Notes under the pieces: model-generated
The model's database searches: none
The model's input: the letters and a program-made list of their open reading frames with translations, nothing else
Told to the model about the DNA's origin: nothing
Made by a program: the position numbers and the translations under genes
From: an uncultured Gemmatimonadaceae bacterium
GTDB lineage: Bacteria; Gemmatimonadota; Gemmatimonadetes; Gemmatimonadales; Gemmatimonadaceae
NCBI GenBank assembly: GCA_963740355.1
Contig: CAVUDW010000002.1
Span: 2,464,001-2,528,000 of the forward strand
Direction of reading: 5' to 3'
Length of the DNA stretch: 64,000 nucleotides
Shown here: piece by piece, positions 58,274 through 64,000 of the stretch
Position numbering within the stretch: the stretch's first letter is position 1
Layout of the letters: every line of letters starts with the position of its first letter

Positions 58274-58885
58274 ATGTCGCTCACCAAGCGTCAGCGTGAA
58301 ATCCTCACCTTTCTTTCGCTCTACAGCGACGAGAACGGCTACGCGCCTAGCTTCGAGGAAATTGCCGAGTATTTCGGCTTTACCAGTCTGGCCACGGTGC
58401 ATGAGCACCTGAGCAACCTCGAGCGGAAGGGCTACATCCGGCGCGGCTACAACGAGAGCCGGGCGATCGAGATCCTTCCGTCGGATTCGTCACCCCGATT
58501 CGTCGAGTTGCCGCTGTTGGGTCTGGTTGCCGCCGGCATGCCGATCGAAGCCGCGGTCACGGGCGAAACGATGGCCATTCCGCCGGACATGCTGCGGAAG
58601 ACCGGGAACCACTATGTGCTCAAGGTTCGCGGCAACTCGATGATCGACGAGCAGATTCGCGACGGCGACTTCGTCGTCGTGAACGAGCGGAAGAGCGCCG
58701 ACAACGGAGAGATGGTGATCGCGCTGTTGGAGCGCACGTCGGCCACCGTCAAGCGCTACTACCGTGAGAAGGACGGCCGCATCCGCCTGCAGCCGGCCAA
58801 CGATGCGATGGAGCCGATCTTCACCGACGAGCGGAACCTCCTGATTCAGGGTGTGGTCGTGGGTGTGCTCCGGAAGTACTCGTGA
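58274..58885 (+). CDS. lexA: SOS repressor LexA
   Basis: LTKRQ..PSFEEI..SLATVHEHL HTH, VAAG cleavage site, GNSM catalytic Ser, TVK catalytic Lys; ATG 58274. Confidence 0.97.
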   Translation: MSLTKRQREILTFLSLYSDENGYAPSFEEIAEYFGFTSLATVHEHLSNLERKGYIRRGYNESRAIEILPSDSSPRFVELPLLGLVAAGMPIEAAVTGETMAIPPDMLRKTGNHYVLKVRGNSMIDEQIRDGDFVVVNERKSADNGEMVIALLERTSATVKRYYREKDGRIRLQPANDAMEPIFTDERNLLIQGVVVGVLRKYS

Positions 58886-59265
58886 GCGCGGCAGGATCGT
58901 TCCGAGGGTTGCGGACGGCGATTTACGCCGTGGCTGACCTGCCGCGGGCGAAAGCCTGGTACACCGAGGTGCTGGAGCGCGCCCCGTACTTCGACGAAGA
59001 GTTTTACGTCGGCTTCAATGTCGGCGGCTTCGAGCTGGGCCTGATCCCTGAGCCGGAAGCGCCAGCGGAGCGCGACGCGGCGGGCGTGCCGTTCTGGGGC
59101 GTGGCTGATGCAGAAGTAGCGTATGCGCGGCTCCTCTCACTTGGTGGCCTCGATCATGAGCCGATTCAGGATGTCGGCGGGGGCGTGAAGATCGGCGCCG
59201 TCCGCGATCCGTTCGGGAACGTGCTCGGGGTCGTCGAGAATCCGCATTTCCGTTTTGAGGAGTAG
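58882..59265 (+). CDS. VOC/glyoxalase family protein
   Basis: VADL..AKAWY and VRDPFGNVLG; GTG overlaps the lexA stop. Confidence 0.9.
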   Translation: MSAAGSFRGLRTAIYAVADLPRAKAWYTEVLERAPYFDEEFYVGFNVGGFELGLIPEPEAPAERDAAGVPFWGVADAEVAYARLLSLGGLDHEPIQDVGGGVKIGAVRDPFGNVLGVVENPHFRFEE

Positions 59266-59378
59266 CCTCAAAACGACCCCGGAATCTCAAGTTGGGACGG
59301 TAAACATCCGAAACTGACGGGTGATCCACGGCCGGTCGCGACCACGCGCCAGCCTCTCACCACCGCTCGGATTTCGGC

Positions 59379-60569
59379 ATGCGCCTCGTTCTCCTGGACA
59401 ATGAGCACCACGTTGCCGACGCCCATCGGCGCGCACTGAGGACGGTTCGGCCCGAGTGGGACGTTGTCCTGGCGACGAGCAACGCGGCGGCCATTGCGGC
59501 GCTCGAAGCGGCGCCGGCCGACATCTTCATCTCGGAACTCGGTCGGCCGCCGGCAGATGGTGTGGCGCTGTTCGAGGCGGTGAAGGAACGGTGGCCGGCA
59601 ACCGTGCGAATCGCGCTCTCCGAATTTGCAGAGCGAAGTGTGGCACTCCGCCTCGAGCGTAGTGTGCATCGATTCCTGCACAAGCCTTGCGACACGTACA
59701 TGCTGGCGATGCTGATCGAGCGGAGCAGCACGCTGCGCGGCGCGATCAGCGATCCAACGGTGCTGGCGGCGATCGGTGGACTGGAAGCGATTCCGCGGCC
59801 GCCGGTCACAGTGCAGGCTCTCGAGAAGGTGCTCGCTGATCCAGACGCGGGTGTCATCGCCGTGGCCGCCGTGATCAGTCGCGACGCGGCCCTCACCGCG
59901 CGATTGCTTCGCGTGGTGAACAGCTCGTTCTTCGGCGTGGGCCGTCAGGTGACTCGCGTCGACGCAGCGGTGAACTTCATGGGCGTGTCACTGGTGCGAG
60001 CGATTGCACTGGCCGACGGCGCGACGCGATCGTTCAAGGTTGCGCCGGATGTGCTCGACCTCGATGAATGGAACATGCACGCCGTGCGGGTGGCGGCTTC
60101 GGCGCGCGACATCACGCTTGCGATGTGTCCACAGGACCGGTCGCTTGCTGACGAAGCGTTTCTCGCAGGCCTCCTGCACGATGTCGGGCAGGTCGTGATG
60201 GCGGGTGTCGCACCCACCGCATGGCGAGAACTCGAAACACTGGCGCTCAGCGAAGCCACGCCGATCAACGATCTCGAGCGGCGCAGCGATCGGGTCTCAC
60301 ACGCATTGGTGGGTGCGTACCTGCTCAGTCTTTGGGGACTTCCGTCCAGCGTCGTGGAAGCCGTCGCGTTTCATCACACGCCGGAGCGTCTCGCCGGCAC
60401 GATGTTCGACGCGTCCATCGCCGTCCACGTCGCGGATGCGTTGGCCGCCCGTAGCCCAGGTCGCGCGGCCCCGGCGCTGCACTTGCCCAGCGTGGCTGGT
60501 GCGGGGATTTCTGACGAACAGCTCGACGCGTGGCGGTCTCGCTATGGCGCACTCGAGGTCGCGGCCTGA
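59379..60569 (+). CDS. HDOD domain protein with degenerate N-terminal receiver domain
   Basis: Receiver-like N-terminus (LLDNE..DIFISE..FLHKP); HDOD motifs D.ALTARLLRVVNSSFFG, AGLLHDVG and HALVGAYLL.LW.LP. Confidence 0.9.
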   Translation: MRLVLLDNEHHVADAHRRALRTVRPEWDVVLATSNAAAIAALEAAPADIFISELGRPPADGVALFEAVKERWPATVRIALSEFAERSVALRLERSVHRFLHKPCDTYMLAMLIERSSTLRGAISDPTVLAAIGGLEAIPRPPVTVQALEKVLADPDAGVIAVAAVISRDAALTARLLRVVNSSFFGVGRQVTRVDAAVNFMGVSLVRAIALADGATRSFKVAPDVLDLDEWNMHAVRVAASARDITLAMCPQDRSLADEAFLAGLLHDVGQVVMAGVAPTAWRELETLALSEATPINDLERRSDRVSHALVGAYLLSLWGLPSSVVEAVAFHHTPERLAGTMFDASIAVHVADALAARSPGRAAPALHLPSVAGAGISDEQLDAWRSRYGALEVAA

Positions 60570-60623
60570 GCGGCTTGAGTCATCGTCGGCGGAACGGAGA
60601 TGACCCAATACTGTCGAACCGAG

Positions 60624-61664
60624 TCAGGCGCTCCGAACTCTTGACGCCGCCACCAACGCGTCGAGCACCGCCAACGCCGCACCCGTGTGCATCGCGCCCT
60701 TGACCTCCTCGACGAGGGGCGCAAAGTCGCCGCCGTCGCGATGCACGAGCAATGCGGCTGCGGCGTTGAGCGCCACTGCGGCCTGAGCGGCCTCACTACC
60801 GCCACCAGCCAGCACGGCACGTACGATCGCGGCATTCTCCGCCGGCTCGCCACCCACGAGATCGTCAGCCGAAAGGTGGCGATACCCGTAGTCCGCCGGG
60901 TCGATCGCCCACTCGCGCACATCCGCATCCGCACGTAATTCGCGGACATGCGTCACGCCCAGCGGTGAAATCTCATCCATGCCGGGCTCGCCATGCACCA
61001 CCAGCGCATGCGTGGTGCCGAGTTCGCGCAGCGCACCAGCGATCAGGTCGAGCCTCGCGCGATCGGCGACGCCAATCACCTGACGTCCAGCGGTGGCTGG
61101 ATTGGCGAGCGGGCCAACCATGTTCATCACCGTCTGGATCGCGAGCTCGCGACGCACCGGCCCCACATGGCGCATGGCGGGGTGCATGAGAGGCGCGAAC
61201 ATGAAGACGATACCGACCTCGCGAAGGATCGCCGCCATTCGCGCCGGCGTGAGGTCGATCTGGACGCCGAGTGCCTCGAGCACGTCGGCGCTGCCACTCT
61301 TGCTGGTGAAGCTGCGATTGCCATGCTTCGCGATGCGAACGCCGCAGGCGGCGGCCACCAGTGCGGCGGCGGTCGAGATGTTGAACGTCGACACCGCACC
61401 GCCGCCAGTGCCACAGGTATCGACCAGCGCATCTGCGGCGTCCGCATCGAGCGTGATCATGGCGCGGCGCAAGGCACGCGCGGCGCCTGCGACTTCCGAT
61501 GGCGTCTCGCCCTTTACGCGCAATCCCATCAGGAGCGCCGCGACCTGCGCCGGGGTTGCGGCACCAGCCATCACCACGTCGAATGCAGCGCCTGATTCGT
61601 CCGCGCTCAGGCTGTGCCCACTCGCGAGCCGGCGCACTGCGTGACGCAGCAGTTCGTCAGTCAT
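60624..61664 (-). CDS. trpD: anthranilate phosphoribosyltransferase
   Basis: DTCGTGG, FNIST, KHGNRS.TSKSGSADVL and GMDE; start refined to MTDELL. Confidence 0.96.
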   Translation of the reverse strand: MTDELLRHAVRRLASGHSLSADESGAAFDVVMAGAATPAQVAALLMGLRVKGETPSEVAGAARALRRAMITLDADAADALVDTCGTGGGAVSTFNISTAAALVAAACGVRIAKHGNRSFTSKSGSADVLEALGVQIDLTPARMAAILREVGIVFMFAPLMHPAMRHVGPVRRELAIQTVMNMVGPLANPATAGRQVIGVADRARLDLIAGALRELGTTHALVVHGEPGMDEISPLGVTHVRELRADADVREWAIDPADYGYRHLSADDLVGGEPAENAAIVRAVLAGGGSEAAQAAVALNAAAALLVHRDGGDFAPLVEEVKGAMHTGAALAVLDALVAASRVRSA

Positions 61665-61713
61665 CGCGCGTTCTCCCACGACCTTGCCGCCACGTCGTCG
61701 TCCTGCCGCGCGC

Positions 61714-63018
61714 TCACGTTGCGGACAACACTGGCAAGAGCCGCTCGGCGAGGCGTGCCTGCGTTGCGACCAGCGCGATGATCAGCCCGAGGAGGCGCAC
61801 GCGATCCACGTCGGCCTCGGTGAACACGCCCTGCTGGTTGCGATTGGCGATGTTGACGACGCCGACCAGGTCTTCGCGATACACGAGCGGGAAGCAGATG
61901 AAGCTGCCGCTGGTGAAGTATTCATCCTTGAGCAAGGGATGCTGGCTGGCTTGCGATGCGTCGGTCACGAGGATGACCTGGCGACTGGCGGCGACCTTGC
62001 CGGCCACACCGCTCCCGATGGCCACTCGATAGCCGTCGCGAACATCGCGCGCCACGCCGCGCGCAGCGGCCAGATAGAGCATCCCTGGCTCGGGAGCGCG
62101 CATCATGAGTGACACACGCTGCGCCTGCATGTCCTCGCCGACCAACGTGAGCAACTCGTCGGCCAGGCGACGTGGATCCGGCGAGCTCGCATCCATCGAC
62201 AGCACACGGTCGATCAGGTATACCGTGCGCTCGCGATCGCGCAGCTCTTCGTTGCGCCGATGCAGCTCGATGTGCGCCTGCTCGGTCTGGCCCAAAGCCG
62301 CTTCGAGTTGCTTTTGCAGGCTCTCGGCGCGGCGTTGGAAGCGACGCGCATCTTCCTGGATCCGACTGGTTTCGCGTTCCAGCTGCACGACTCGCGCACG
62401 ATCCGCGCCGTCGTTGAGCACCTGTGCCTGCGAGGACATCTTCGTTTCCAGCTCACCGAGGCGACGATCGTACTCGCCATGGATGCGCTGCGTCACTGAC
62501 TCGAGGGTGATGACGGCCTCTCGCCGCGCATCGAGTTCCGCGAACCGGGCGAAGGCAAGATCGAACAGTGCCGCGTTCGGAAGAAACTTTTCGATCGTCC
62601 GTCCGCCGAAGAACTTCTTCGGTTCGACCACCGTGAGGACGCCCCCGAGCGCACCATCGAAACGCAGCCCGCGAATCGACAGGGTGGCATTTTCGACCGG
62701 CGGCAGGCCAAGCAGGCGCGCGAAGTCGGCCGCGCGCTCGGTGACGTCGACGAAAGTGGAGCCGGCGGCGATCCCCTGCCGGACGCCGATGGGGAGCTGA
62801 TCGAAGGCGACTTCGAGCTGCGTCGGGCGCGACGAGCCGACGGTGGTCGGGCTCAGTCGGTCGGTGAGGAGCTCGCGGCGGCCGTCGTAGCGGAAGAACG
62901 CCAGATATGCGCCGCGATCCAGTTCAGCGAGCGCTTCGCCAAGCACACCGATCGCGCCGCCGAGATCAGGCGCGACGGCCAGCGAATGCGCCAGGGAAGC
63001 GAGCGTGCGAGGAGCCAT
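61714..63018 (-). CDS. GAF-like / coiled-coil / GAF domain protein
   Basis: C-terminal GAF (GSGVAGKVA, SFICFPL..LVGVVNI), central heptad region, GAF-like N-terminus; start refined to MAPRTLAS. Confidence 0.82.
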   Translation of the reverse strand: MAPRTLASLAHSLAVAPDLGGAIGVLGEALAELDRGAYLAFFRYDGRRELLTDRLSPTTVGSSRPTQLEVAFDQLPIGVRQGIAAGSTFVDVTERAADFARLLGLPPVENATLSIRGLRFDGALGGVLTVVEPKKFFGGRTIEKFLPNAALFDLAFARFAELDARREAVITLESVTQRIHGEYDRRLGELETKMSSQAQVLNDGADRARVVQLERETSRIQEDARRFQRRAESLQKQLEAALGQTEQAHIELHRRNEELRDRERTVYLIDRVLSMDASSPDPRRLADELLTLVGEDMQAQRVSLMMRAPEPGMLYLAAARGVARDVRDGYRVAIGSGVAGKVAASRQVILVTDASQASQHPLLKDEYFTSGSFICFPLVYREDLVGVVNIANRNQQGVFTEADVDRVRLLGLIIALVATQARLAERLLPVLSAT

Positions 63019-63131
63019 CTGGTGGGTGGGGGTCAGTGCGGCGCAGCGCGTTCCGACGGCGCACTGCCGCCCCAAGGGTGACGGGCTCGTGCGGGGTTGT
63101 CAATCCGTTGTCCCATCACGACTTGGATTGC

Positions 63132-63160
63132 TTGAAGTCACTTCCCGGGCGGCCTAGCTT
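63132..63160 (+). promoter_or_regulatory. sigma70-like promoter of truA (leaderless arrangement)
   Basis: TTGAAG-N17-TAGCTT, 7 nt before the ATG. Confidence 0.55.
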
Positions 63161-63167
63161 TGTCCCA

Positions 63168-63958
63168 ATGTCGCGCCGCACCTTCCAGTTGGTCGTTCAG
63201 TACGATGGCGAGGCCTTTGCCGGGTGGCAGCGACAGCCGGCGCAGCGGACTGTGCAAGGCGTGCTCGAAGACGGCCTTTCCCGCTTGATGCAGATGCATG
63301 TTCCGGCCATCGGCGCGGGCCGAACCGATGCAGGTGTGCACGCACTGGGCCAGGCGGTGAGTATCACGGCACCTGAAAAGTGGGAGCCAGAGCGGCTGCG
63401 ACGCGCGCTCAACGCAGTCCTGCCACGCGACGTGCGTTGTTCAGCGGTGCACCAGATGCTGCCCGAATTTCATGCGCGCTACAGTGCCGTCCAGCGCCAG
63501 TACCATTATCTGGTCGGCACCGATGCGGACGCGTCCAGTCCGTTTCGATACAACCGGGAGTGGGCACTCGCGCACCCCCCTGCCCTGGATCTCCTTAAAG
63601 CCGAGGCCGCTTCGGTCGTTGGCGAGCACCAGTTTCATGGGTTTGCCGTCAAAGGCACGGCGCCTGCGGACGACGATCATCGGTGCGACGTGCAGGTGTG
63701 TCGCTGGGAAGTCCGTCCCGGTGGATTGGTGCTGGTGATCGCGGCGAACCGATTCCTGCACCACATGGTGCGCTTTCTGGTCGGCACTATGGTAGAGGTC
63801 GGTACTGGTCGGCGACCGCCGGCACCGTGCGCTCGCTGCTCGACGCGGCGACGAATCGCGACGTCAGCCCTCCGGCTCCGGCCTGCGGCCTGTACCTTGA
63901 ACACGTCAGATATCCGGCCCACTTGTACATTGCCGCGCCGCCAGCGGTCGCGGCCTGA
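63168..63958 (+). pseudogene. truA: tRNA pseudouridine(38-40) synthase TruA, one base missing near 63816-63820 (likely sequence error)
   Basis: YDG..F.GWQ, GRTDAGVHA, FHARY and FLHHMVR in the frame from 63168; C-terminal PAPACGLYL..VRY in a shifted frame. Restoring one base gives 263 aa. Confidence 0.9.
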
Positions 63959-64000
63959 TCCATATGTCGAACGCCCTTTCCGTCATCACGCACCGCCGCG

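Overview
GC-rich bacterial chromosomal segment. Gene order and protein style suggest Gemmatimonadota (inference, not database-checked). Housekeeping and metabolic genes dominate: pepA, tRNA-Leu(CAA), nhaA, rplU-rpmA, RNase E/G, recQ, a U32/RlhA-type hydroxylase, ybeY-phoH-aspS, rlmN, panBC, folBK, trpCFBA, trpD, lexA and truA. Accessory genes include two TonB-dependent receptors, exported hydrolases, an ECF sigma/anti-sigma/Spy-like module and several degenerate signalling proteins. No transposase, integrase, phage gene or CRISPR array was seen. Most notable: (1) a B12-dependent acyl-CoA mutase with isobutyryl-CoA-mutase-type specificity residues (Phe/Gln), clustered with MeaB, a lone carboxyltransferase, two AtuA-family proteins, an enoyl-CoA hydratase and a 56-aa membrane protein missed by the ORF track, a candidate uncharacterised branched acyl-CoA pathway; (2) a candidate LexA operator (CCGAAR-N5-CCGAAR, 11-bp period) present twice between lexA and trpC and as a triple upstream of rplU; (3) a GGGGTCAG-containing 22/71-bp repeat array between rng and rplU whose internal 25-bp dyad recurs upstream of the tRNA; (4) a structured ~350-nt RNase E/G leader; (5) several apparently leaderless genes; (6) a pseudokinase and a pseudo-receiver HDOD protein; (7) two single-base frameshifts (amidase, truA), most parsimoniously sequencing errors. 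Start codons were refined by eye and are approximate where stated.
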